Origin: an archaeon
Lineage (GTDB): Archaea; Nanobdellota; Nanobdellia; Pacearchaeales; GW2011-AR1
Reading direction: 5' to 3'
Assembly (NCBI GenBank): GCA_037140195.1
Contig: JBAXEZ010000003.1
Coordinates: 1 to 43,771 of the forward strand
Length of the DNA stretch: 43,771 nt
Shown: positions 18,596 to 27,676 of the stretch, piece by piece
How positions within the stretch are numbered: position 1 is the stretch's first letter
Layout of the letters: each line of letters starts with the position of its first letter
The notes under the pieces: generated by a model
The model's input: the letters and a program-made list of their open reading frames with translations, nothing else
What the model was told of the DNA's origin: nothing
Databases searched by the model: none
Program-made: the position numbers and the translations under genes

Positions 18596-19271
18596 GCCTG
18601 AAGAGACCTTTTATCCAAAGCCTTCCGTTACTGTAGATATACTAGTTTTTACAATTAAGAATAGTGATCTAAAAATTCTTTTAATTAAACGAGGTTTAGA
18701 ACCGTTCAAAGAAATGTGGGCAATTCCCGGTGGTTTTACCAGAATAGATGAATCTTTGGAGCTTGCCGCAAAAAGAGAACTAGAGGAAGAAACCGGAATA
18801 AAAGAGGTCTATCTTGAACAACTTTATACCTTTGGAGACGTTAATCGTGATCCTCGTGGAAGAGTAATTACCATCGCTTACATGGCACTAGTTAATTCAG
18901 AAGAAATTCATCTAAGCGCACAAACAGATGCTAAAGATGCTAACTGGTTTTCAGTTTCGAAAATACCTAAACTTGCTTTCGATCACAATAAAATTGTTGA
19001 CTATGCACTAAAGAGGCTGAAATGGAAGTTCGAGTATACTACTGTTGCATTTTCATTACTTCCCGAAAAATTTACTCTTACCCAACTTCAGGAATTGTAC
19101 GAAACAGTTTTTCAGAAAAAGTTAGATAAACGTAACTTTAGAAAAAAAATTCTTTCACTGAATATCTTAGAAGAAGAAGAAATAATGACTGACGTTTCTC
19201 ACAGGCCACCCCAACTATATTCTCTTAAAAAAAGAATTGGTGATGTTGTCGAAATTATGAAAATGAACTAA
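18594..19271 (+). CDS. nrtR: NrtR family transcriptional regulator (Nudix + winged HTH)
   Basis: WAIPGGF, RELEEETG, LEQLYTFG...RDPRGR and LAFDH; then LLPEKFTLTQLQ.LYE, DKRNFRKKI and HRP.QLY. Confidence 0.92.
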   Translation: MPEETFYPKPSVTVDILVFTIKNSDLKILLIKRGLEPFKEMWAIPGGFTRIDESLELAAKRELEEETGIKEVYLEQLYTFGDVNRDPRGRVITIAYMALVNSEEIHLSAQTDAKDANWFSVSKIPKLAFDHNKIVDYALKRLKWKFEYTTVAFSLLPEKFTLTQLQELYETVFQKKLDKRNFRKKILSLNILEEEEIMTDVSHRPPQLYSLKKRIGDVVEIMKMN

Positions 19272-19308
19272 TAGTCATCTTTTTATATCCCTCTAACAAT
19301 TAACTATT

Positions 19309-20541
19309 ATGGCAGAATCCTGTTTTAAAATTCTAAAGAAAGATAAAAAGACCAATGCAAGAGTTGGAGAAATTCAAACTAAAAAAGGAAAGCTAGAAAC
19401 TCCCTTCTTTATGCCCGTTGCAACAAAAACTTCTGTCAAACATATTTCTTCTCTAGATTTAAAAGAAATGGATGCAAAAGCCATAATTTCTAACACTCTA
19501 GTTCTACATTTACGCCCCGGAGAGGAATTAATTAAAAAAATGGGTGGAATTGGAAAATTTATGAATTACGACGGAATAAACGTAACCGACTCTGGAGGAT
19601 TCCAAATGTATTCAAAAGCACTCTATCAGAAATCCGAAGAAAAAGGTGTACATTTCAAAAATCCATATGATGGGCGAACTGTGTTCATTACTCCTGAAAA
19701 AGATATGAAAATCCAAATAGACTTGGGTTCTGAAATTGCCATGTGTTTAGATACTATGCCTTTAATGAATCATTCAAAAGAACAAATTGCTTTGGCAGTA
19801 GAGAGAACAACTTCGTGGGCAAAGCGTTGCAAAGAAGAGCACGACAAACTTCAGAAAAAACTTCCTAAAAATAAAAGGCAATTGCTCTGGGGAATTACTC
19901 AGGGAGGTATTTATCCAGACTTGAGAGAAAAGTCGGCTACAGAGCTAAAAGAAATAGATTTTGACGGCTATTCTTGCGGCGGGCTAGCTCTAGGAGAAAC
20001 TCTAGAAGAAGAAATGAAGATGATTAAAATTCACAAAAAGATTATCGGAGAGAACAAACCATGTTATCTAATGGGTGCAGGAAATCCAGTAGAATTACTT
20101 GAAGCAATTTCTTTAGGCGTAGACATGTTCGATTCTCGTTTTCCAACACAAAATGCAAGACGCGGAACAATATTCACAAGTAAAGGAAAATTGAGGTTAA
20201 CTAGAAAGAGATATAGTTTGGATAAAAAACCCCTAGACGAGAATTGTGATTGTTTTGTTTGCAAGACTTATACTCGTGCATACATTAAATATCAATTAAT
20301 GCAAGAAGAGGCTGTAGGTTATCGATTGGCAACTTTCCATAATCTTTATTATTTACAAAAGCTAATGAATCAAGTGAGAGAGTCAATAAAAAAAGGAAAA
20401 TTTAAAGAGTTCAAAACAAAAATAGAGAAGTTATATAAAAAAGCAGATTCTGACATTAGATTAGACAAACCTAAAAAGAAAAAGTCAAAACTTGAAAAAT
20501 ACAATGAGAGCAAAAATAAGATTAATAACTCAGCAGAATAA
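19309..20541 (+). CDS. tgt: Bacterial-type tRNA-guanine transglycosylase
   Basis: TPFFMPVAT, TDSGGFQ, QGG...DLR, GGLALGE, YLMG.G, GVDMFD and the CDCFVC...H Zn site; no PUA domain. Confidence 0.92.
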   Translation: MAESCFKILKKDKKTNARVGEIQTKKGKLETPFFMPVATKTSVKHISSLDLKEMDAKAIISNTLVLHLRPGEELIKKMGGIGKFMNYDGINVTDSGGFQMYSKALYQKSEEKGVHFKNPYDGRTVFITPEKDMKIQIDLGSEIAMCLDTMPLMNHSKEQIALAVERTTSWAKRCKEEHDKLQKKLPKNKRQLLWGITQGGIYPDLREKSATELKEIDFDGYSCGGLALGETLEEEMKMIKIHKKIIGENKPCYLMGAGNPVELLEAISLGVDMFDSRFPTQNARRGTIFTSKGKLRLTRKRYSLDKKPLDENCDCFVCKTYTRAYIKYQLMQEEAVGYRLATFHNLYYLQKLMNQVRESIKKGKFKEFKTKIEKLYKKADSDIRLDKPKKKKSKLEKYNESKNKINNSAE

Positions 20542-20959
20542 ATGGTATTGTGGACCAGCATCGGTAAAAATGGTTTTAGACAGTTATGGGATTCTAAAAA
20601 CACAAAGGGAGATTGGAAAAGTTTTAAGTGCAACAAAAGAAGATGGGTGCGATATTCCTAATAATTTGGGAGCATTTGAAACATTTGGAGTTAAAGCCAA
20701 ATACAAAAAAAATTCTTCATTGAAAATAGTTGGAGAACTAATTAAAAAGGGCATCTATCCCATTCTATATTGGAATAGAAAAAATTCTGGAGGGCATTAT
20801 TCTGTCTTCACAGGAATAGATGAAAAAAGAGTTTACATTGCAGATCCGGGGAACACCAAAAGAATTATAAGTTTCACACGTGAAAGATTTTTGGAAAGAT
20901 GGAAAGATCCTGAAAATCACAAAGATAAACACGAAATAATAGTTATCACGTATCCTTAG
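20504..20959 (+). CDS. C39-like cysteine peptidase
   Basis: QQ...YCGPAS, GHYSV..G.D and IADP (Cys-His-Asp); overlaps the tgt 3' end by 38 bp. Confidence 0.75.
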   Translation: MRAKIRLITQQNKWYCGPASVKMVLDSYGILKTQREIGKVLSATKEDGCDIPNNLGAFETFGVKAKYKKNSSLKIVGELIKKGIYPILYWNRKNSGGHYSVFTGIDEKRVYIADPGNTKRIISFTRERFLERWKDPENHKDKHEIIVITYP

Positions 20960-20986
20960 CGAACTTTGTTCGTTTTGGAGGCGAAG

Positions 20987-21093
20987 GCATCCTTAGTATA
21001 TCGGTAGTATGAAGCCTTCCCAAGAACTGCATGGCAGTCCATGTTTCCTAACGGAAAAAGGCTTAGAGCCGGGTTCAATTCCCGGAGGGTGCA
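20987..21093 (+). tRNA. tRNA-Gly(CCC) with a 36-nt intron (21023-21058) at position 37/38
   Basis: Acceptor GCATCCT/AGGGTGC+A, anticodon stem AAGCC/GGCTT, anticodon CCC at 21019-21021, T-arm CCGGG-TTCAATT-CCCGG. BHB formed by the TTCC/GGAA helix with CAA and AAA bulges; no encoded CCA. Confidence 0.93.
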
Positions 21094-21208
21094 TTTTGCG
21101 AAACTCTGAAAGAGTTCGCAAGGCAACGAGCGAGATAATTGTCGAGTTGCCGCTATCGGACTTTTTCGACCGAACTATGAGTTCGGAATTATACGAAAAA
21201 AGTCCTTT
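21092..21208. repeat. Structured intergenic repeat, copy 1 (three hairpins)
   Basis: CATTTTGCGAAACTC..GAGTTCGCAA-GGCAAC..GTTGCC-GCTATC-GGACTTTTTCG..CGAAAAAAGTCC. Confidence 0.8.
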
Positions 21209-21252
21209 CGTTTCTTTTTGCGAAACGCAAATTGCGAGCAGTAGGGTGTATT

Positions 21253-22851
21253 TTATTTTATACAAGCTTTCACAAATCCACTAAATAGCGGGGCAGGAGT
21301 CAATAAAGAGCTTTTGAATTCCGGATGTGCTTGAGTGGCAACAAAAAAGGGATGATTTTCTAACTCAATGAATTCGACTAACCGATTATCTGGGCTAAGT
21401 CCTGAAATAACTAGCCCTTTCTCTTGTAATATCTGGTGATAAGCAGGGTTAACTTCATATCTATGTCTATGTCTCTCAAATACTTCGGATGAGTTATACA
21501 ATGAATAAACTTTGCTATTTTCCTTTATTAGTGCTTTACAACTTCCAAGTCTCATTGTTCCACCCATGTCAACAACATTTTTCTGAGCATCCATTAGCGT
21601 AATTATTTTATTTTCAGTATTTGGATTCATCTCCGTTGAATTAGAATCCGCAAGTCCGCAAACATCTCTCGCATACTCCACGACGGCAGCTTGTAAACCT
21701 AAACATATCCCTAAAAATGGAATTTTATTTTCTCTTAAATATTTTATAACTTCTATTTTTCCTTCCCATCCTCTGTTTCCAAAACCTCCTGGGATAATTA
21801 TTCCATCAAATCCATCAATTGCATCTGCTACCGATTGTTCTGTCTCAATTAATTCGCTATCCAAAAATTTAATTTCTGCGTGTACATCAAAATTAGCTGC
21901 TGCGTGCTTTATTGCCTCGACAACGCTCGCGTAGGAATCTCCTAGGGCTGTATATTTTCCGCAAATACCAATTTTAATTTTCTTTTTTGAATCTTTTTCA
22001 ACCATTCTTCTTGCCAAGATATTCCAAGGTTCTAAAGTGTTTTTACTAATTTTTAAATTAAGCTTTCTCTCAAGTACTTCGACGAAATTTTGTTTTTCTA
22101 ATTCCTGCGGAATTAAGTAAATAGACTCGACATCTTTTCCCGTAAACACGCAGTCGTTGTCTACATTACAGAACAAAGCAATTTTATTTTTTATTTTTTC
22201 ATCTAAGTATTCTTCACATCGACAAACAATAATATCTGGCCAGATACCAATTTCATTTAAGAGTTTAACACTCATTTGTGTCGGCTTAGATTTCTGCTCG
22301 TTAACTCCTGTTGGTACAGGAACATAAGATAAATGGATAAATGCAACGTTCTCTCGTCCAACGTCATGTGCAAGTTGCCTCACTGCTTCCAAATATAAAG
22401 CATTCTCTAAATCTCCCACCGTTCCTCCAATTTCAATGAATAAAACATCTGCGTTTTCCTGTTCTCCAACTTTTTTTATTCTAGATTTAATCTCGTCAGT
22501 TACGTGCGGGACAAATTGAACTGTTTTTCCTAAGTATTCTCCATGTCTTTCTTTATCTAAAATGGATTTGAAAATTTTTCCCATTGTAAGATTCCAATTT
22601 CCCTTTGAAGAGGTTTGAATAAATCTCTCATAATGTCCAAAATCCATATCGCATTCTGTTCCATCATCTAAAACAAAAACTTCTCCGTGCTCAACAGGAT
22701 TCATAGTTCCCGGATCAATATTCAAATATCCATCGCACTTCACTGCCGCACATTTGCAATCCGAAGATAAAAGTTTTCCAATAGATGCTGCTAAGACTCC
22801 TTTACCTAAACCAGAAATCACACCCCCCGTAACAATAATATATTTTCGCAT
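21253..22851 (-). CDS. pyrG: CTP synthase
   Basis: TGGVISGLGKG, HGEVFVLDDG.E.D.D.GHYERF, GICLGLQ, RHRHRYE and QAHPEF motifs. Confidence 0.97.
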   Translation of the reverse strand: MRKYIIVTGGVISGLGKGVLAASIGKLLSSDCKCAAVKCDGYLNIDPGTMNPVEHGEVFVLDDGTECDMDFGHYERFIQTSSKGNWNLTMGKIFKSILDKERHGEYLGKTVQFVPHVTDEIKSRIKKVGEQENADVLFIEIGGTVGDLENALYLEAVRQLAHDVGRENVAFIHLSYVPVPTGVNEQKSKPTQMSVKLLNEIGIWPDIIVCRCEEYLDEKIKNKIALFCNVDNDCVFTGKDVESIYLIPQELEKQNFVEVLERKLNLKISKNTLEPWNILARRMVEKDSKKKIKIGICGKYTALGDSYASVVEAIKHAAANFDVHAEIKFLDSELIETEQSVADAIDGFDGIIIPGGFGNRGWEGKIEVIKYLRENKIPFLGICLGLQAAVVEYARDVCGLADSNSTEMNPNTENKIITLMDAQKNVVDMGGTMRLGSCKALIKENSKVYSLYNSSEVFERHRHRYEVNPAYHQILQEKGLVISGLSPDNRLVEFIELENHPFFVATQAHPEFKSSLLTPAPLFSGFVKACIK

Positions 22852-22978
22852 CAGTCAAAATGAATTTATCTGTTTATAAAACTTCACAGCCAAAAATATA
22901 TATTCTGAATCCGAAGGGTTATTAAATACTCAAAAGCTGTGATATTATACGCCCAAAACCGATTTATTTTTCTAAAGA

Positions 22979-23272
22979 TTATCGTTTTTGATCTCTTCTG
23001 TAAAAATCATTCAATGTAGAATATTGTGGAATTAAATGGTTTACTCTTTCAAAATCTTCTTCGGTCATAGGTCTGCAATTCATGCAGGGCCTATACTCTT
23101 GAACAACAGCGTCTTCCAATGTATGAAAGAATACTCTATTTGACTTCTTCATTCTCATTCCAGATTTACAATCTAATCTTCCAAATATTTTTCCTGGACT
23201 CCATCCCGCATATTCTCCGGGAGTAGAACTTTCTATAATTTTGCCTTCTTTCAAAATCTTATACATTTTCAT
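22979..23272 (-). CDS. Ada metal-binding-domain-like protein
   Basis: KIFGRLDCKSG, NRVFF and YRPCMNC motifs. Confidence 0.7.
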   Translation of the reverse strand: MKMYKILKEGKIIESSTPGEYAGWSPGKIFGRLDCKSGMRMKKSNRVFFHTLEDAVVQEYRPCMNCRPMTEEDFERVNHLIPQYSTLNDFYRRDQKR

Positions 23273-23298
23273 TAGAAAGAGTATTGTGGCATCTTTTA

Positions 23299-24153
23299 TT
23301 AATCTAACGCTAACATTATTTTATTAACTTCATCCACATTTTTTGTTGATGAGAGCTTATTTCTAATCTCCTTAGCGTTATTCATTCCTTTCGTAAAGTT
23401 AATCGCCTGATATTTTATTTGTCTAAAGAATAGTTTGTATTTTTCGGCTAGCTTTAAGTAATCTTCAAATTTAATTTTTTTATTTTTACCGAGTAGTTTA
23501 TAAAATATTCCCGGATTTCCAATAGCTTCGCGAGCAACCATAATAAAGTCGAAATTTTCTAATAATGTATTTATATTTCTTTCATTAACATTTCCCGAGT
23601 ATATAATAGGTAAATTTATTTCTTTTTTAATTCTTAAAGCAAACTCTAAATCCGGTTCTCCAGAATACCCTTGTTTTTGTGTTCTAGGATGAATTCCTAT
23701 CGCATCTACATATTTGCTAGCCATTTTAGCAATTTCTAGAGCCTTCTCAGACTTTCGCAGTTTAATAGTAATTGGTTTTTTTGTACTTTCTCGCATTACT
23801 TTTAAGATTTCTTCTATTGCCTTAATGTCTACATGCAAAAATGAACCAAAACCCAACTTTTCTGCCAAAGTAGATGGACAACCAAGATTAAAATCAAATA
23901 AAACAACTTTTTTTTCATGTTTTTTAATAAATTCTTTTATTCCTTTAGGCCTTGTACAAAATATTTGTACTGCAGGTTTATCATCGAAAATTATCTTTTG
24001 TTTACTCAAAGGGTTTATCATTCCAGTATAAGTCAAAGCACAACCCGCCTTTTTACAGAGAAGCCTGAATACAATATCGTTGGGTTCTAACATCGGAGCC
24101 AAAAAAAATCTATTTTTTGGTTTGAACTTTCCTATATTATATTTTAATTCCAT
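23299..24153 (-). CDS. dus: tRNA-dihydrouridine synthase family protein
   Basis: LAPM, NLGCP, GS.L, KLR, HPRT..QGYSG and AIGNP motifs. Confidence 0.88.
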   Translation of the reverse strand: MELKYNIGKFKPKNRFFLAPMLEPNDIVFRLLCKKAGCALTYTGMINPLSKQKIIFDDKPAVQIFCTRPKGIKEFIKKHEKKVVLFDFNLGCPSTLAEKLGFGSFLHVDIKAIEEILKVMRESTKKPITIKLRKSEKALEIAKMASKYVDAIGIHPRTQKQGYSGEPDLEFALRIKKEINLPIIYSGNVNERNINTLLENFDFIMVAREAIGNPGIFYKLLGKNKKIKFEDYLKLAEKYKLFFRQIKYQAINFTKGMNNAKEIRNKLSSTKNVDEVNKIMLALD

Positions 24154-24259
24154 TTTACCAAACTCCTCTGGAGTTGGTAAGGCAACAAACGAGTAAAGTT
24201 GCCGCTATCGGACTTTTTCGACCAGCTAACTGCTGGAAAGAATGCGAAAAAAGTCCTTT
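24151..24259. repeat. Structured intergenic repeat, copy 2
   Basis: CATTTTACCAAACTCC..GGAGTTGGTAA-GGCAAC..GTTGCC-GCTATC-GGACTTTTTCG..CGAAAAAAGTCC. Confidence 0.8.
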
Positions 24260-24272
24260 TATAAATCTCATT

Positions 24273-24731
24273 TTATATTTTAATCCCGTACTTTTGTGCA
24301 AGAGCAGTAAGTTCTTCCTTGCTTAATGAACCATTAGTAATACTCTCGTTTAATTTGTTTGGATTCTCACAATATATTCTTGCTTCGCTAAACTTTTTAT
24401 CAAAATCAGATTTCAACGCAGGTAATGTTTCACACTTTACAGGCACCTCTTTTATTTTTCCAATTGCTATTTTAATAACTGGATTTTTACATGCGCTAGC
24501 GACTTCCTTTTCTATTTTTTTAAAACTATTTTCAATCTCATTTAATTGTGTACAGTCTCTTTGTTCAGCTAGCAAACGAGAACTAGTTTCTATTTTTGCA
24601 CTTTCTTCTGTAACAACCGTGACTACTTTAGAAGCTTGGTAAGCACTAACTCCCAATATAACAAAAATAATAATTATCAAGGCCAAAACTCCCAGCAATA
24701 TTTTTCCAATCAACCCTTTTTTGTTCTTCAT
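24273..24731 (-). CDS. Membrane-anchored protein with a class III signal-peptide-like N-terminus
   Basis: MKNKKG followed by a long hydrophobic helix; 4 Cys in the C-terminal domain. Confidence 0.65.
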   Translation of the reverse strand: MKNKKGLIGKILLGVLALIIIIFVILGVSAYQASKVVTVVTEESAKIETSSRLLAEQRDCTQLNEIENSFKKIEKEVASACKNPVIKIAIGKIKEVPVKCETLPALKSDFDKKFSEARIYCENPNKLNESITNGSLSKEELTALAQKYGIKI

Positions 24732-24752
24732 TCCTTAGCTAGAACATTTAGG

Positions 24753-24760
24753 TTTATAAA
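24753..24760. promoter_or_regulatory. Palindromic bidirectional TATA box
   Basis: TTTATAAA lies 22 nt from both divergent ATGs (24731 and 24782). Confidence 0.6.
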
Positions 24761-24781
24761 TCTTAAAGTCCTTAATATTTT

Positions 24782-25234
24782 ATGAAAATTAGTAGTCCTG
24801 AGCTAAAAGAAAAGGAAAAATTTCCCGTTGTGTTTACGGGAGAGGGAGCAAATGTTTCTCCACCGTTAATAATTGAAGAAGTCCCTATAAATTCCAAGTC
24901 ATTGTTGCTAATTGTTGAAGATCCGGACGCAGAAAAAGTTAGCGGACATACTTGGATTCATTGGATTCTATACAATATTCCTGCAGAAAGAACAGTAGAG
25001 ATTAACAAAAATTCTTATTTAGGCCTTCGGGGAATAAATGACTATGGTAAACTGCAATATGCGGGGCCAATGCCTCCTCGTGCGGGCGGAACCCATCACT
25101 ATTATTTCAAAGTATTTGCATTAGACTGCGAGTTAGACTTGGGCGAAGGTGTAAATTTGGAAAAAATAAAAAAGAAGATCGACAAACACGTTATAGACAA
25201 AGCAGAATTTTATGGGGTTTACTGGAGAGATTAA
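24782..25234 (+). CDS. YbhB/YbcL (PEBP, Raf-kinase-inhibitor-like) protein
   Basis: NVSPPL, EDPDA, WIHW.LYNIP, Y.GP.PP and H.Y.F.V.ALD motifs. Confidence 0.9.
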   Translation: MKISSPELKEKEKFPVVFTGEGANVSPPLIIEEVPINSKSLLLIVEDPDAEKVSGHTWIHWILYNIPAERTVEINKNSYLGLRGINDYGKLQYAGPMPPRAGGTHHYYFKVFALDCELDLGEGVNLEKIKKKIDKHVIDKAEFYGVYWRD

Positions 25235-25812
25235 ACGTCTATCGTATACTCATAAACTTTATCATATGGAATATAAATTCCGCAAGTTTCTTCGACAGAT
25301 AACTTTTCCATTATTTTTCTAAACAATCTAATAGAATTTCCATGTGCCGAAATTGCAACATTAACTTTGTTCTTTTTCATATACTCTTTCAAGAATTTAA
25401 CAAAGTCCGAGACTCTTTTTTCAACGTCCTTAAAAGATTCTCCCTTTGGCGGTCGCACATCCCAACTTCTATGCCACAGATCATATTTTTCGACTCCAAA
25501 TTTTTTAACAACTTCTAAATGTGTTCTTCCGTTTAAATTACCATAGTTTCTTTCTCTCATTCTGTCGTCCTCAAAAACATGTAAACACTCTGGATGGAAC
25601 GCTATAACTTCTTTTAGTGTGTTTTTAGAACGAGAAAGAGAAGTATGAAAGGCAACTTCAAACTTTTTGTTTTTTAGTCTTTCAGCAACAATTTTTGCAT
25701 CTTCTATTCCTACTGTAGATAATCCTGCGTCAAACCAACCCGTAAATTTGCTATCTCTGTTAAAATCAGTCTGGCCGTGTCTAAAAATATAAATTTTCAA
25801 CCTACTTTTCAT
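25231..25812 (-). CDS. gpmA: Histidine phosphatase, cofactor-dependent phosphoglycerate mutase-like
   Basis: RHGQT..N....FTGW.D, ERNYG.L.G, PP.GES and AHGNS.R motifs. Confidence 0.8.
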   Translation of the reverse strand: MKSRLKIYIFRHGQTDFNRDSKFTGWFDAGLSTVGIEDAKIVAERLKNKKFEVAFHTSLSRSKNTLKEVIAFHPECLHVFEDDRMRERNYGNLNGRTHLEVVKKFGVEKYDLWHRSWDVRPPKGESFKDVEKRVSDFVKFLKEYMKKNKVNVAISAHGNSIRLFRKIMEKLSVEETCGIYIPYDKVYEYTIDV

Positions 25813-25872
25813 AGAGTTAACAATAAAGAAGACTATAAAAACATTTTTATATCTAGTTATCTTGATTTATTT

Positions 25873-26202
25873 ATGCTACTTATAATAATTGCCATAGTCC
25901 TGGTTGTCATGTTCATAATAACTATGTTCATTCATTTTGAGCATAAACTAAAAGCAGTGAAGGCTGTTGCTTTAATCTTAATTCTCTTAATTATCGGAAG
26001 CTCAGTTTATACCTGGATAAGGAACGATACTAACGACCTAAATTCTCCGAAAGGAGTTGTTAACTCTATATATATGTATACTGGTTGGATGGGTGAAATA
26101 GGGATAAAGCTGGTTTCCACACTCACCGAGAGCTTTAATGCCGTAGGGAATGTGGTAAAAGGAAACGAAACTAGGCAGAATCCCTCAGATGGGAGAAGAT
26201 AA
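25873..26202 (+). CDS. Small membrane protein (two TM helices)
   Basis: Hydrophobic N-terminus; ATG 25873 lies 22 nt after TTTTTATA. Confidence 0.65.
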   Translation: MLLIIIAIVLVVMFIITMFIHFEHKLKAVKAVALILILLIIGSSVYTWIRNDTNDLNSPKGVVNSIYMYTGWMGEIGIKLVSTLTESFNAVGNVVKGNETRQNPSDGRR

Positions 26203-26204
26203 TC

Positions 26205-26714
26205 TCAACTAGAGATTTTGACGCCTACATCAAGTCTTCCAAGCTCACAAATTTCTTGAACAACTCCTTCGTTTCTAACTGCCTTACAAATAGAAACAAA
26301 AGTCCCATATTCTACCACATTTGTCTGATTTGAGTTGTATACTTCGTAATAAGAACAATTTGCAGCAGGGCACCGTATATTTTTCACATTCATAGGAAAA
26401 ACTTTTCTCACTCTAATGGAAGCAACCGGCCAGAAGTTTTTATAGCTTTTAGATATCGTAGCGAAAGTGATTACTTTATCTTCATCAAGACACATAGTAC
26501 GCGAAGAATCACAATTCAACTCGGGCATATTGGAAATCGTTTCTACCGAAGATATTGCACTTTCTCGTTGAAGATTATTAAAATTTTCAGCAATTTTTCC
26601 AGATTGAATAGACAGAAAGAATAATCCTGCAAAAGTAAAAAATATAAACACAAACAGAATCATAAAAGTCATCTGCATAATCTTCATATCTGCTAATTTA
26701 TTCATCTCTACCAC
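26205..26714 (-). CDS. Membrane-anchored pilin-like Cys-containing protein
   Basis: NKLA/DMKIMQM followed by a hydrophobic helix (degenerate class III signal); paired Cys; GGAGG upstream of GTG. Confidence 0.6.
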   Translation of the reverse strand: MVEMNKLADMKIMQMTFMILFVFIFFTFAGLFFLSIQSGKIAENFNNLQRESAISSVETISNMPELNCDSSRTMCLDEDKVITFATISKSYKNFWPVASIRVRKVFPMNVKNIRCPAANCSYYEVYNSNQTNVVEYGTFVSICKAVRNEGVVQEICELGRLDVGVKISS

Positions 26715-27676
26715 AGTTTACATCCTCCTTCTCTTAGATTCTTCTTTTCCAAATCGTTTGCTAAATAGTAAACAGATTCCAAATCCTTAGCACTTGCATT
26801 TTGCAATATAATTGCAAACTTATCTAAATCAGTTTTTAATAAACTACTGCAGCCACGCATACTCATCAAATCTATTTTTCTAGATAAAATGTCTGCTACT
26901 CTAGATGAACGATAAAGTAATCTTTTAACATTACACTCATAAACATTTTTATCAGAAAGCAAAGCTGCATAGATTAAACTTCCAGAATAATAAGTTCGCG
27001 TTCCATTTTCATCAGTAATATATCCGAAGTCATAAGCGGAACTACATCTAGACTCGCTACACTCTCCTTTAACAGTAATTTCACATCCACTGGTCCCAAA
27101 ACAAATTTTCTTCGCACCATCCGAACAGGTGTTATTTCCCTCTTCCAATTGTAGCCCTATATTTGGTACATTCAAACCAGAAACTTCTTCCTCAATTTCC
27201 TTAGGTGGAAAAACAAAGCAGTAATCTTCTGTAGACATAAATATTAAATCAGTTACCTTATAGCCAGTATAAAATGGTTTAGAATAAACATAAAAAGTTT
27301 TTCCTTCCTGGAAATTTGAAAAAAGATATTTATTGAAGATTTTATATTCTCCAGGATTATCTGTCCAAGCCTGTCCGACGGAAGCCTTCGTCTGAACCGA
27401 AATAACATTTTCTCCAAATTTAGAATCGGTATCGCATTCGTTGTTTATTCTTGTGTCTCTCCTAAAAGTAATTCTAGAAGTAGAACCTTCTGCAAATCCT
27501 GCCTGTAGCGGATTCGTTATAATATCTAGAGATTTAGCCAGTTCGAATTCTGTTTGTTTTTGTAATCCGCTTCCAGCTTTAACTGCGCCATAAATTGCCA
27601 GAAGTAAAATCATTGAACCTGCAACAATTGCAAAAATTAAAACAAAATTAAACTCACCCTTCTTATTTAATTTCAT
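26708..27676 (-). CDS. Class III signal-peptide (pilin-like) Cys-rich protein
   Basis: MKLNKKG/EFNFVLIF. ATG 27676 preferred; the upstream MPTPEEFGK is translated repeat sequence. Confidence 0.7.
   Translation of the reverse strand: MKLNKKGEFNFVLIFAIVAGSMILLLAIYGAVKAGSGLQKQTEFELAKSLDIITNPLQAGFAEGSTSRITFRRDTRINNECDTDSKFGENVISVQTKASVGQAWTDNPGEYKIFNKYLFSNFQEGKTFYVYSKPFYTGYKVTDLIFMSTEDYCFVFPPKEIEEEVSGLNVPNIGLQLEEGNNTCSDGAKKICFGTSGCEITVKGECSESRCSSAYDFGYITDENGTRTYYSGSLIYAALLSDKNVYECNVKRLLYRSSRVADILSRKIDLMSMRGCSSLLKTDLDKFAIILQNASAKDLESVYYLANDLEKKNLREGGCKLW

Noticed and set aside
20987-21093. tRNA as integration site of the NAD island
   Set aside because: No integrase and no duplicated tRNA 3' end seen in the window.
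21094-21208. tRNA-trailer HDV-like (theta) or hammerhead ribozyme
   Set aside because: Only serial hairpins are visible; I found no nested pseudoknot and no CUGANGA/GAAA core conserved across copies.
20993-21284. ORFs 20993-21265(-) and 21009-21284(+)
   Set aside because: They are shadow translations of the tRNA and the structured repeat.
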